Source: an uncultured Gemmataceae bacterium (GTDB lineage: Bacteria > Planctomycetota > Planctomycetia > Gemmatales > Gemmataceae). Taken from it: a DNA stretch of 64,000 nucleotides. How positions within the stretch are numbered: position 1 is the first letter of the stretch; every line of letters begins with the position of its first letter. Below, in pieces: positions 31,537 to 40,417 of the stretch. The DNA lies in NCBI GenBank assembly GCA_963750165.1, contig CAVVPN010000010.1:224001-288000 (forward strand). The letters are read 5' to 3'. Made by a program: the position numbers and the translations under genes. The notes beneath the pieces were generated by a model. It saw nothing but the letters and a program-made list of their open reading frames with translations, was not told the origin of the DNA and ran no database searches.

Positions 31537-32391
31537 TCAATAGCCGTCCTGCGGAAACACGTTACCCCTCGGGTCTGTTTCCCCAGCCCCCGGTAAGTCC
31601 GCGCGGGCCACCCCGTCAGCAAAGATCATCAACCACACATCCGGTTCCCGCTTGTCCTCGGGGCAGCCGTCGAGAATAAGCCCGCCGTCGGGCAGGCGCA
31701 CGCCCTCGCCCGGCCCCAGGCGGAGGCGGACCGGCGGGTAGTCGGGGGCGGCCCGCAGCCAGCGCCGGCCCAGTTCGCCCACCGACGCCGGCCCCGGAGC
31801 GTCCAGCCCCCGCGCGCGCAAATCCCGTTCCTGCCCGGGGCCCGTGAGGTTGAGGAACACCAGCGCCGTCGCCTCGTCACCCAGATTGACGCAGCCCCAG
31901 AGGCGCGGCGGTTCCGGCGGCACGGGGAGAGCCGTGGCGGGCTCCACGCCCGGCGCCAGCCCCGCCGGGCAATCGGCCGCCGCGTCCCAGCGCAGCGACC
32001 GCTGCCCCGGCCGGCCGACCACCGCCTCGGCCCACGCCCCGGGGGGCGGCGGCACCTGTTTGAAGGCTAAGAAGGCGGTGACCCGGCCCAGAAACTCCTC
32101 GAACCCGGGCAAGGGGCCGGCGCCGACCGCGCCCGCCTGGTCCAGTAATTGCCACCAGAACGACCGTAAATGCTCCGGCAGCGCGAACAGCCAGAGCCCG
32201 TCGCCGTCGCCCTCCGGGGGGGCCGTGAGCAGGGCCAGTTCCGCCCCCGTCGGGGCGAGCCAGGGTGGGCGGGGGAAGAACCGGCCGTCCTCCTCGACGA
32301 CCCCCTGCCCCAGGCGCAGCCGGGCCGGCCAGTCAGGCTCGACGTGGAAGTGGGGGGCGACCGCCAGCCGGCAGCCGGGGTGCAGGGTCAT
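31537..32391 (-). CDS. Hypothetical protein coupled to the radical SAM gene, candidate RiPP tailoring factor
   Basis: ATGA overlap with the rSAM gene; motifs VNLGDE..LVFLNL and DYPPVRLRLGPGEG. Confidence 0.75.
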   Translation of the reverse strand: MTLHPGCRLAVAPHFHVEPDWPARLRLGQGVVEEDGRFFPRPPWLAPTGAELALLTAPPEGDGDGLWLFALPEHLRSFWWQLLDQAGAVGAGPLPGFEEFLGRVTAFLAFKQVPPPPGAWAEAVVGRPGQRSLRWDAAADCPAGLAPGVEPATALPVPPEPPRLWGCVNLGDEATALVFLNLTGPGQERDLRARGLDAPGPASVGELGRRWLRAAPDYPPVRLRLGPGEGVRLPDGGLILDGCPEDKREPDVWLMIFADGVARADLPGAGETDPRGNVFPQDGY

Positions 32392-33581
32392 GCGCGGGCC
32401 TGTTCAGGGTCAAGGGTGTGGCCACCGCCTGCGCGCTCCAGCCGGTCCAGGGACACGTCGATGCAGACCTGCTTGTGCAGGCGGCAGAACAACGTCTCCG
32501 TGGAGTCGAACGTGCCGTTCTCGAAGTACTTGTTGCCCGGGGGGCCGCCGCCGCAGAACGGGAAGTATCGGCAGGTGGCCCGGCAGCGCTCGACGCCCGC
32601 CGCGACCTCGGCCGCCAGCCGCCGGTACCGCGCGTCGGCCAGCACGCGCGCCAGCGGGTCGGCGGCGACGTGGCCCACCGCGAAGTCGCCGTGCCGCGGG
32701 CTCGACAGGCCGAGCAGCTCCGGCGAGAAGGTGCTGAAGTTGCCAGCACAATCCACGTTCACGATCGCCCACGGGTTGTTTTCCTGGGTGCGCGAGCCGG
32801 CGCCGAAGCGGACGGGGTGCCGCAGGGCGCCCGCCGCCGTCTCGAATTCGCGGACCCGCAGGGGCGGGTCCGCGCCCAGGGCCAGGTCGAGGAAGCGCGT
32901 CAGAAAACGGCGGAAGCGCTCGGGCGTCCCCGCCGCCTGCAGCGACGACGCGGCGTGCGGCCCCTCGATCTCCTCGACGTTGAAGCCGACGGCGGTGATG
33001 CCGTGCGCCCCGTAGAAGTCGAACAACTCGTCGGGATAGTCCAGCGCGTCGGCGGTCAGCACGGTGATCACGTCGAAGGGGACCTGGTGCCGGTGCAGCA
33101 GGGAAATGCCGGCCAGGACGCGGTCGAGGGTGCCCTGGCCGCGGCGCGTGCGGCGGTGGCGGTCGTGCAGGAAGTGCGGACCGTCCACGCTGACGCCGAG
33201 GTGGGCCTGGTGGCGGAGGAAGTAGTCACACCACGCGTCGGTGATGAGGGTGGCGTTGGTCTGGAAGGACTGCACGACCGGGACACCGGCGGTGTTGTGC
33301 CGTTCCAGACGCCGCGCCGCGTCGTCGTAAAAGGCGACGGGCACCACCAGCGGCTCGCCCGCGTGCCACAGGAGCGTGAAGGGGTCGCGGGCGAGGCCGC
33401 TGGCGAAGACCCAGCGGAAGGTCTGGTCGAGGGTCTCCGGCGTCGCCCGCCGGGCGGACAGCCGGTCGGGCAGGTAGCAGTAGGAGCAGTCGATGTTGCA
33501 AAACGGCGTCGGCTGCAGGACGAGCAACTCCAGCGGCCCGGGGGCCGGGGCGTCGAGCGCGGCTGCGTGCCCGGGGGTCAT
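32388..33581 (-). CDS. grrM: Cyclophane-forming radical SAM/SPASM peptide maturase (GrrM/OscB-like)
   Basis: LVLQPTPFCNIDCSYCYLP, WHAGEP, FSTFSPELL, SPASM C-x3-C-x5-CGGG..NKYFENG...TETLFC. Confidence 0.92.
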   Translation of the reverse strand: MTPGHAAALDAPAPGPLELLVLQPTPFCNIDCSYCYLPDRLSARRATPETLDQTFRWVFASGLARDPFTLLWHAGEPLVVPVAFYDDAARRLERHNTAGVPVVQSFQTNATLITDAWCDYFLRHQAHLGVSVDGPHFLHDRHRRTRRGQGTLDRVLAGISLLHRHQVPFDVITVLTADALDYPDELFDFYGAHGITAVGFNVEEIEGPHAASSLQAAGTPERFRRFLTRFLDLALGADPPLRVREFETAAGALRHPVRFGAGSRTQENNPWAIVNVDCAGNFSTFSPELLGLSSPRHGDFAVGHVAADPLARVLADARYRRLAAEVAAGVERCRATCRYFPFCGGGPPGNKYFENGTFDSTETLFCRLHKQVCIDVSLDRLERAGGGHTLDPEQARA

Positions 33582-33589
33582 GGCCGTCC

Positions 33590-33931
33590 TTAAAAGTTGC
33601 GGAAGGCGCCGTTGGCGAAGCCGCCGTTGCGGAAGCCGCCGTTGGCGAAGCCGCCGTTGCGGAAGCCGCCGTTGGCGAAGCCGCCGCCGTTGCGGAAGCC
33701 GCCGCCGCCGGCGTTGCGGAAAGCTCGGTTCACGAAGGACACCGGGTAAGTGCCCTCGGCCGTTTCGACGGCCGGGGGGAGGAGGTCGGCGCGCTCCTGC
33801 GGGTCCTGCGCCGCCGCCGCCCGGGCCGCGGCCACGGGGGCCGCCGCGCAGGCGACGACCACGGCGCCGGCCGTCTGCACCAGGGCGCCCAGAAGTTCCT
33901 TGAGGAATTGCCGACGGTGTTGTCCGCTCAT
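33590..33931 (-). CDS. grrA: RiPP precursor (GrrA/OscA-like) with twin-arginine leader and 9 F-x-N motifs
   Basis: HRRQFLK, hydrophobic stretch, then core SFVNRAFRNAGGGGFRNGGGFANGGFRNGGFANGGFRNGGFANGAFRNF; 8 nt upstream of the rSAM start. Confidence 0.9.
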   Translation of the reverse strand: MSGQHRRQFLKELLGALVQTAGAVVVACAAAPVAAARAAAAQDPQERADLLPPAVETAEGTYPVSFVNRAFRNAGGGGFRNGGGFANGGFRNGGFANGGFRNGGFANGAFRNF

Positions 33932-34111
33932 GCGTCACCTGTCGTAGAGGAAGAAAGAATGGCAATGGGTGGTTTAGGCGGCGCCGCGCCGGGCGTCAAC
34001 GAGGCGCGAAAAAAAACGGCAGATTGTCGGTCCGCCCCGTTGACTTGCGTGGTAGTCCGCGCGTACAACAACGCCGTCGCATCGGTCCCCATCATTTCAA
34101 GGAGTTTGCAC

Positions 34112-34714
34112 ATGTCGCGGTGGATTCGCTGCCTGTGGCTGGTCGGCCTCGTGGCCGTGTCGGTGCCGCTGTCGGTGTCGGCACAAAAGGGGAACCAGGG
34201 CGAGATGGTCGCCAACCCCTACTACAAATTCTGGGCGGACTCCAAGCCGGGTTCGACCGTGGTCCACAAGGAAGTGTCCAGGGCGGGCGACGCCAAACCC
34301 GGGTCCGCCGACGAGGACGTGAAGCTGATCGCCCGCAAGGTCATCGAGGTGAGTCCGAAGCGGGTGGTCGTCGAGACGGTGGTGACCGAGGAGGAATATT
34401 TCGGCAGGGTGCAGGCGGCGCCGACGCGGCACATTTTCCCGGCCCAGATCCGCAAGGCGGCCCTGGAGCGCTTCCTGACCGAGACCGGCGCCAAGGCCGG
34501 CGAGGAGTCGCTGAAGGTCGGCGGCAAGGAGTACAAGTGCAAGACCCTGGCCGCCACGATCAAGGCCGGCAGCGGCGAGGAGACCCAGTACGAGTTGTGG
34601 CTGTCGCAGGACGTGCCCGGGAGCATCGTCAAGCAGGTCCGCACCACCCGCAGCCAGGGCAAGGTGATTGCGGAGACGACCATGACCCTGGTGACGTTCA
34701 AGCGGGCCGATTGA
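34112..34714 (+). CDS. Secreted hypothetical protein
   Basis: AAGGAG RBS, signal peptide, strong codon bias. Confidence 0.8.
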   Translation: MSRWIRCLWLVGLVAVSVPLSVSAQKGNQGEMVANPYYKFWADSKPGSTVVHKEVSRAGDAKPGSADEDVKLIARKVIEVSPKRVVVETVVTEEEYFGRVQAAPTRHIFPAQIRKAALERFLTETGAKAGEESLKVGGKEYKCKTLAATIKAGSGEETQYELWLSQDVPGSIVKQVRTTRSQGKVIAETTMTLVTFKRAD

Positions 34715-34737
34715 CCGGCGGCCGAATCGGGGTAGCG

Positions 34738-34803
34738 AAAAAAGGGTCGGGAGTCGATATTACGATTTTTCGGAATCGTAATATCGACTCCCGACCCTTT
34801 TTT
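34738..34803. repeat. Long inverted repeat, possible bidirectional terminator
   Basis: AAAAAAGGGTCGGGAGTCGATATTACGATT...AATCGTAATATCGACTCCCGACCCTTTTTT. Confidence 0.8.
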
Positions 34804-34851
34804 TGAACCTTTTTTTGAACTGGCCGAGCCGTTGTTGCAGATGCGTTGCCG

Positions 34852-35480
34852 TCAGCGGAGGGCGCTGCGTTGCCGTGCCTCGGAGTAAGCGGCTTCGACA
34901 TCCACGGGCACGGGTTCCTCGACCCCGCGCAGCCACAGCGGCAGCACCGGCAGGGGCTGGCCCACGGTCAGGGGGACCGGCCAGACGCTCACCTTCGCCT
35001 CCGCGCCGCGCCGGAACGGTCGGTAAGCGGCCGCGTAGGTCGAGGGGGTACCGGGGAAGCGCGGGGCAGTGCCGACGATCAATCGCGCCATCTGGTCGTG
35101 CAGGTTGGACCGGCGTTCCGTCACGACATCAATGATGATCAGGCCGATGCCGGCGTTGAGGTAGTTCAGGCACTTCATGGCGAAGGCCCGGCGCGTGGCG
35201 GGGCGGCCTTGGTTGCTGGGGCTGACCAGCTCGATGGCCGCCACGAGCGTCGGACCGGCTTCGACGTTGATGACGAGCACCGTGAACTCGGGGGTGAAGA
35301 CGGCGTCCATCTCCAACGTCGGGGTGGACGGCGACCAGGCCGGCGCGGCCAACGTCGCCACACCGCCCACGGCGGGAGCGGCCGGACCGGATACGGCGTC
35401 ATTGCCGGGGAGCCGATCCGTGGCGACGTCCACTGCGATACGGCCGCGCGACACCTGGGCCGGCTGGCGGACTTCCTCGC
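34852..35480 (-). pseudogene. 5'-truncated DUF4058 gene
   Basis: LVAAIELVSPSN and VGQPLPVLPLWL present; the MPLxDHF N-terminus is missing; upstream limit approximate. Confidence 0.7.
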
Positions 35481-35620
35481 CCCGCTGCTGCCCACCCTCC
35501 GCGCCCGCCTCGGGGCCTGACCTCCCAGAGGCGAACGACGCAGACCGACCGGAGGCGCGCTGAGTATGTCCCCCGAACAGCACTCGACCCGATCCGCTGC
35601 GACACGCCAACCGTGGTGCA

Positions 35621-36520
35621 TCACTTCTTCTTTTCCACGGGTGTGTCCTCACGGTTGCCCCACTCCGCCCAGCTGCGGTAGTAGTTGCGCACGTCGTTCG
35701 CGCCCATCAACTCCAGCGCGAATGCCATCACCGCCGCCCGGCCGCCGGACTGGCAATACGTGACGTTCGGCTGCTTCAGGTTGATGCCCGCGTCCTGGAA
35801 CAGCTTCGCCAGCGCCGCCGCACTCTTGAAGCGCGTCGTTTTGGGGTCGATCAGGTCGATATAGTTCAGGTGCTTCGCTCCAGGGATCGCGCCGGCCTTC
35901 TTCGCGGTCTTCACCTCGCCGCGGTTCTCGCCCTTGGTTCGCGCGTCCACGATGCAGGCGTCGCCCCTGTCCTTGAGCAGGGCGAGCACGTGTTCGCGTG
36001 TCGCCAGGCGCTTGGCTTGCGGTTGCCACTTCGCTTTCGTCATGCTGGCCTCACGCTGGGACTTCTCCACCGGGTTCTTCGCCTGCACCCAGGCGTCCCA
36101 GCCGCCGTTCACCAGCCGCACGTCCTTCACGCCCCAGTAACGCAGAATCCACCAGACGCGGGCCGCATCGCGCACGTCATCGGAGTACACCGCCACGCGC
36201 TGCTCCGGCAACACGCCCACCTTGCCGAGCAGCTTTCCCCACAGTTCCGCGTCCTGCGGCGACTTCGCGAACGCCTTCGCCCACACCGCCGCGTCCACAT
36301 GAAACGCTCCGGGGATGTGCCCCTTGTCGTACTCCTTCCGCGAGCGCGTGTCGAGGATCAGCAACGCCGGGGCGGTCAACTTCTGCTCCAGTTTCGCCTC
36401 CATCGGCAATTCCCCAACCTCGATCAGCAGGTTCGGCCGCGCGTACTTGCCGTCTTGCCCGGCGGCGGCCGCCGGCAGGACCAGCACCAGCAACCCCCAA
36501 CTCCACCATCGCGTGCGCAT
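35621..36520 (-). CDS. Two-domain sulfurtransferase (rhodanese), secreted
   Basis: Signal peptide; GHIPGA, LVNGGW, YCQSGGRA, YYRSWAEW. Confidence 0.92.
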   Translation of the reverse strand: MRTRWWSWGLLVLVLPAAAAGQDGKYARPNLLIEVGELPMEAKLEQKLTAPALLILDTRSRKEYDKGHIPGAFHVDAAVWAKAFAKSPQDAELWGKLLGKVGVLPEQRVAVYSDDVRDAARVWWILRYWGVKDVRLVNGGWDAWVQAKNPVEKSQREASMTKAKWQPQAKRLATREHVLALLKDRGDACIVDARTKGENRGEVKTAKKAGAIPGAKHLNYIDLIDPKTTRFKSAAALAKLFQDAGINLKQPNVTYCQSGGRAAVMAFALELMGANDVRNYYRSWAEWGNREDTPVEKKK

Positions 36521-36664
36521 CGTTTCTTCCTCCCGTGGCCAGAGTCCTGCGTTGATTGACTGCCGCTCCGGTTTACGGTAGCCCAACGGTGTTGGCTTGG
36601 CGAGCCGCTGCGGTTAGAATCAGGCACCTGGAAGTCCGTCGGCAGTCCGCACGAGGATCCCCCT

Positions 36665-37954
36665 GTGAGCAACCCTGAAGCGAAAATCCACATTATCGGC
36701 GTCGGCAGCGACGGGCTGTCCGGCCTGACCAGCCGCGCCCGCGACCTGCTGCTCAGCGCCGACATCCTCTACGGCTCCGACCACGCCCTCGCCCTCGTGG
36801 CCGACGCGCCCGGCCGCAAGGAACGCCTTGGCGCCGACCTGCAAGAGGCGGTCAAGACCCTTGAAGGCCAGCTCGGCCGTCAGCGCGTCGCCCTCGTCGC
36901 CAGTGGCGACCCGCTCTTCTACGGCGTCGCCCGCTACCTGTGCGACCGCCTCGGCAAGGATCATTTTGAAGTGCTGCCGCACGTCAGCAGCATGCAGCTC
37001 GCCTTCGCCCGCATCAAGGAAAGCTGGGAGGAAGCCTTCCTCACCAACCTGGCGACTCACTCCCTCGACAACGTGCTCGACCGCATTCGCGTCGCGGAGG
37101 TCGTCGGCCTGTTCACCAGCGAACGCGACGATCCGCCGGCCATCGCTCGCCAGCTGCTGGCCCGCGGCCTCGACTACTTCCGGGCCTACGTCTGCGAAAA
37201 CCTCGGCGGCCGCGACGAGCGTGTCACGCAGGGCGAACTGAGCGACATCGCCGAGATGGAGTTCGACCCACTCAACGTGATGATCCTGAAGCGCAAACCG
37301 GGCCGGCCCGACCTGCGCCGCAGCCCGGCCCGCTTCCGCCGCTTCGGCAACCCCGACGACGTGTTCGCCCAGAGCCGGCCCAAGAGCGGCCTCATCACCC
37401 AGGCGGAGGTCCGCGCCATCGCGCTGGCGCAGCTCGACGTGCAGTCGGGCTCGGTGGTCTGGGACATCGGTGCTGGTTCCGGCGCGGTTGCCGTTGAGTG
37501 CGCCCAGCTGGTCGGCTCGCCCGGCGTCGATGGCAGCGGCGGCGGCATGGTCTACGCCATCGAACAGGACGCCGCGGATTATCACCTGATCCTGGCCAAC
37601 GCCGAGGCGTTCGGCGTTCGCAACCTCAAGGCGGTCCTCGGCACCGCGCCGGGCGTCTTCGCGGGGCTGCCGCCACCGGATTCGATCTTCGTCGGCGGCA
37701 CCGGTCACGAGGTGTCGCGGCTGATCGAAGCGGCTTTTCGGGCGCTGCGGCCCGGCGGCCGGCTGGTCGTCAACCTGGCGACACTGGAAGCGCTCAACAT
37801 GGTCTACGCTTTGCTGAAACAGCTGGCGGGGCCGGTGCAGGTGCTGCTGGTCAACCTCGCTCGCGGCATCGAACAGCTGGAAACGCTGCGGTTTGAAGCG
37901 ATCAATCCGACTTTTCTGCTCTGTGTCACGAAGTCCGGGCCAAATGAGACGTAG
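36665..37954 (+). CDS. cobL: Precorrin-6Y C5,15-methyltransferase (decarboxylating), CbiE/CbiT fusion
   Basis: VASGDPLFYG, PHVSSMQLAFAR, ITQAEVRAI, WDIGAGSGAV. Confidence 0.92.
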   Translation: MSNPEAKIHIIGVGSDGLSGLTSRARDLLLSADILYGSDHALALVADAPGRKERLGADLQEAVKTLEGQLGRQRVALVASGDPLFYGVARYLCDRLGKDHFEVLPHVSSMQLAFARIKESWEEAFLTNLATHSLDNVLDRIRVAEVVGLFTSERDDPPAIARQLLARGLDYFRAYVCENLGGRDERVTQGELSDIAEMEFDPLNVMILKRKPGRPDLRRSPARFRRFGNPDDVFAQSRPKSGLITQAEVRAIALAQLDVQSGSVVWDIGAGSGAVAVECAQLVGSPGVDGSGGGMVYAIEQDAADYHLILANAEAFGVRNLKAVLGTAPGVFAGLPPPDSIFVGGTGHEVSRLIEAAFRALRPGGRLVVNLATLEALNMVYALLKQLAGPVQVLLVNLARGIEQLETLRFEAINPTFLLCVTKSGPNET

Positions 37955-38017
37955 AATTCAATGACGGGATTGGCTGGGCCGCCGCGGCCCGGCCGATAAA
38001 GACCGGGATTTCGGATT

Positions 38018-38046
38018 TTGCCCTGTCCGCCTTTATCAGATAAAAT
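38018..38046 (+). promoter_or_regulatory. Sigma70-like promoter of the 2-oxoacid dehydrogenase operon
   Basis: TTGCCC-N17-TAAAAT. Confidence 0.55.
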
Positions 38047-38108
38047 AATAATACCCGGGCGCAGGACGCGCCGCCCCGATGACCCCGCGAGCAGTTGAGG
38101 AGAGACCT

Positions 38109-39191
38109 GTGGCCGACGTACCTGTCCTCGAATCCAACGGTGCCACCGCGACCCTGCTGCCCGGGGTCGCCACCGGTGACGAATACCTGTCCGCCGAGCA
38201 GTGTTTGGAGGTCTATCGCCTGATGGTCCGCTCCCGGGCGCTGGAAGAGCGGATGATCAAGATGAGCAAATCCGGCGAGGGTTATTTCTGGATCGGCGGC
38301 CCGGGCGAGGAGGCGTTCAACACCGTCCTGGGCTTGCAGGTCAAAAAAGGGAGCGGACCCGCCTTCGACTACCTGCACCTGCACTACCGCAACAGCGCCA
38401 CGATGGTGGCGATGGGCATGCCGCTGATCGACGGCATCCGGCAAATGGCCATGAAGGCAACCGACCCGCACTCCCGCGGTCGCAATTTCCCCGGGCACTT
38501 CTCCTGCCGGGACTGGAACATCATCCCGGTCAGCTCCGTTATCGAAATTCAGTTTGCGATGGCCCCTGGCACGGCGCTGGTGCAGAAGCGGCACGGCGGC
38601 GCTGGTGTCACCGTTGTCGTCGGCGGCGACGCGGGCACGGCAGAGGGCGATTTCGCCTCGTGCCTGGTCTGGAGCACACGGCCGGGCAACGAACTGCCGG
38701 TGCTGATGGTGGTGATGAACAACGGCTGGGGCATTTCAACGCCGGCGTGCGGCCAGCACGGCGAGCACCACATCATCGACCGCGGCCAGGCGTTCGGCAT
38801 CCCCGGCGAGGTGGTGGACGGCAACGACCCGGTGGCCAGCTGGTTCGCGGTGCAGCGAGCGCTGGCGTATTGCCGCGCGACGCGACGGCCATACCTGCTG
38901 GAGGCGCTGGTGTCGCGGCTGCACGGTCATTCCTCATCCAGCGGGGCACACCGCGTCAAGAATGAACCGGACTGCATCCCCCTGTTCGAGCAACGGCTGC
39001 TCGAAGCGCACGTGCTGGACGCGGAGACGGCGGAGCACATCCGCACCGAGGCCCAGGCGGAGGCCAACGACGCGGTGGATCGGGTGCATCAGGAGCGCAA
39101 CCCGGAGCCGCAGGACATTTATTTGCACACCTACGCACCCAGTCCCGTGGACGCGGTGTATCCGGGCGACTACACGGGGCTGCCGAGCTGA
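38109..39191 (+). CDS. 2-oxoacid dehydrogenase E1 alpha (branched-chain/pyruvate type)
   Basis: GAGGAG RBS; ThDP motif GDAGTAEGDF...NNGWGIS; RLHGHSSS. Confidence 0.92.
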   Translation: MADVPVLESNGATATLLPGVATGDEYLSAEQCLEVYRLMVRSRALEERMIKMSKSGEGYFWIGGPGEEAFNTVLGLQVKKGSGPAFDYLHLHYRNSATMVAMGMPLIDGIRQMAMKATDPHSRGRNFPGHFSCRDWNIIPVSSVIEIQFAMAPGTALVQKRHGGAGVTVVVGGDAGTAEGDFASCLVWSTRPGNELPVLMVVMNNGWGISTPACGQHGEHHIIDRGQAFGIPGEVVDGNDPVASWFAVQRALAYCRATRRPYLLEALVSRLHGHSSSSGAHRVKNEPDCIPLFEQRLLEAHVLDAETAEHIRTEAQAEANDAVDRVHQERNPEPQDIYLHTYAPSPVDAVYPGDYTGLPS

Positions 39192-39192
39192 C

Positions 39193-39249
39193 CGTGGTGC
39201 AGGCGTCTCGCCTGCGGGGCGGTTTCGCAGGCGAGACGCCTGCACCACG
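39193..39249. repeat. REPIN (GTGG type) inside the operon
   Basis: CGTGGTGCAGGCGTCTCGCCTGCG...CGCAGGCGAGACGCCTGCACCACG. Confidence 0.85.
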
Positions 39250-39270
39250 ACCTGAGAAGGAAGGCGATTC

Positions 39271-40329
39271 ATGGCCACGCTGGTTCAGGCCGTGCGCATG
39301 GCCCTGCACTACGGCGAGGAGCACCTGGGCGTCACCGACATTTTCGGCGAGGACGTGGGGCCGCCGCTGGGTGGCGTTTTCACCGCGACGCAGGGGCTGC
39401 GAACGGCGTGGAACTCGCCACTGGACGAGCGCGGCATCGTCGGCACCGCGATGGGCATCGCCTACGCCGGCGGCCGGCCGGTCGCCGAGATTCAGTTCTG
39501 CGACTACGGCTTCAACACCATCGACTTGCTGAAAGTGGCCGGCAATCAGCGCTGGGCGGGCAACGGTCAGTTCGACATGCCCATCGTGCTGATGACGCCA
39601 AGCGGCTCCGGCATCCGCGGCAGTCTGTATCATTCGCACTCGTTCGAGAGCTGGGCGAGCCGGCTGGCGGGCTGGAAGATCGTCATGCCGAGCAACCCGC
39701 TGGACGCCTACGGCCTGATGCTGTCGGCCATCCGCGAGCCGAACCCGGTGCTGGTGCTGCTGCCCAAGGCGCTGCTGCGCGTCCGCGGCACGCAGCTGCT
39801 GCCCGGTGAGCCGGCGGACGAGAACCAGCTGAAAAGCATGATCGACGCGCCGGTCGGCGACCGCAGTCAGTGGCAGCCGCGCTGGCCGGAGCTGGAACCG
39901 TACTTCGTGCCGCTGGGCAAGGCGAACCTGGTGTGTGAGGGTGACACCGCCACCGTCGTCAGCTACGGCCGGACGCTGCCGCTGTGCGCCCAGGCGGCGG
40001 ACCAGCTGCACAAGGAAAACGGACTGACGTTCGACGTGCTCGATTTGCGCAGCATCTTTCCGTATGACTGGGCGGCCATCTCGCAGAGCGTGCTCAAAAC
40101 GGGCCGCGTGCTCATTGTCAACGAGGACACCGAGGTCACGAATTTCGGCGAGCACCTGCTGCGGCGCGTGGTGGACGAGCATTTTTACGACCTGCTGGTG
40201 CGGCCGCGCGTGCTGCTGGGCAAGCACGTGCCGGGCATCGGGCTGAACCAGGTGTATGAGCAGAACAGCGTGCCGCAGTTGAAGGAGATCAAGGCGGCGC
40301 TGCACGAGGTGGCGACAGAGCAGGCTTGA
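39271..40329 (+). CDS. 2-oxoacid dehydrogenase E1 beta
   Basis: FGEDVG...GGVF, PVAEIQF, YHSHSFE, DLRSIFPYD. Confidence 0.93.
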   Translation: MATLVQAVRMALHYGEEHLGVTDIFGEDVGPPLGGVFTATQGLRTAWNSPLDERGIVGTAMGIAYAGGRPVAEIQFCDYGFNTIDLLKVAGNQRWAGNGQFDMPIVLMTPSGSGIRGSLYHSHSFESWASRLAGWKIVMPSNPLDAYGLMLSAIREPNPVLVLLPKALLRVRGTQLLPGEPADENQLKSMIDAPVGDRSQWQPRWPELEPYFVPLGKANLVCEGDTATVVSYGRTLPLCAQAADQLHKENGLTFDVLDLRSIFPYDWAAISQSVLKTGRVLIVNEDTEVTNFGEHLLRRVVDEHFYDLLVRPRVLLGKHVPGIGLNQVYEQNSVPQLKEIKAALHEVATEQA

Positions 40330-40330
40330 A

Positions 40331-40402
40331 CCGGCGAGCGGCGCGGCGTCAGCCCGCCGGTATTGCACAGCACCGGCGGGCTGACGCCGCGCCGCTCGCC
40401 GG
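40331..40402. repeat. REPIN-like inverted repeat inside the operon
   Basis: CCGGCGAGCGGCGCGGCGTCAGCCCGCCGGT...ACCGGCGGGCTGACGCCGCGCCGCTCGCCGG. Confidence 0.85.
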
Positions 40403-40417
40403 ACGGGGGTGAGGGTT

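Noticed and set aside
31217..31540. Minus-strand 107-aa ORF as a fourth RiPP gene
   Set aside because: Codon bias favours the plus-strand stub at 31247-31426 and the peptide looks like a shadow frame. Its overlap with the stop at 31537 means it is not fully excluded.
33595..33722. 15-nt tandem repeats as a CRISPR array or VNTR
   Set aside because: No unique spacers and no cas genes; they encode the GGF(R/A)N core of the RiPP precursor.
36520..36665. Cobalamin riboswitch upstream of cobL
   Set aside because: Short divergent intergenic region with no B12-box or GGGAA core motifs.
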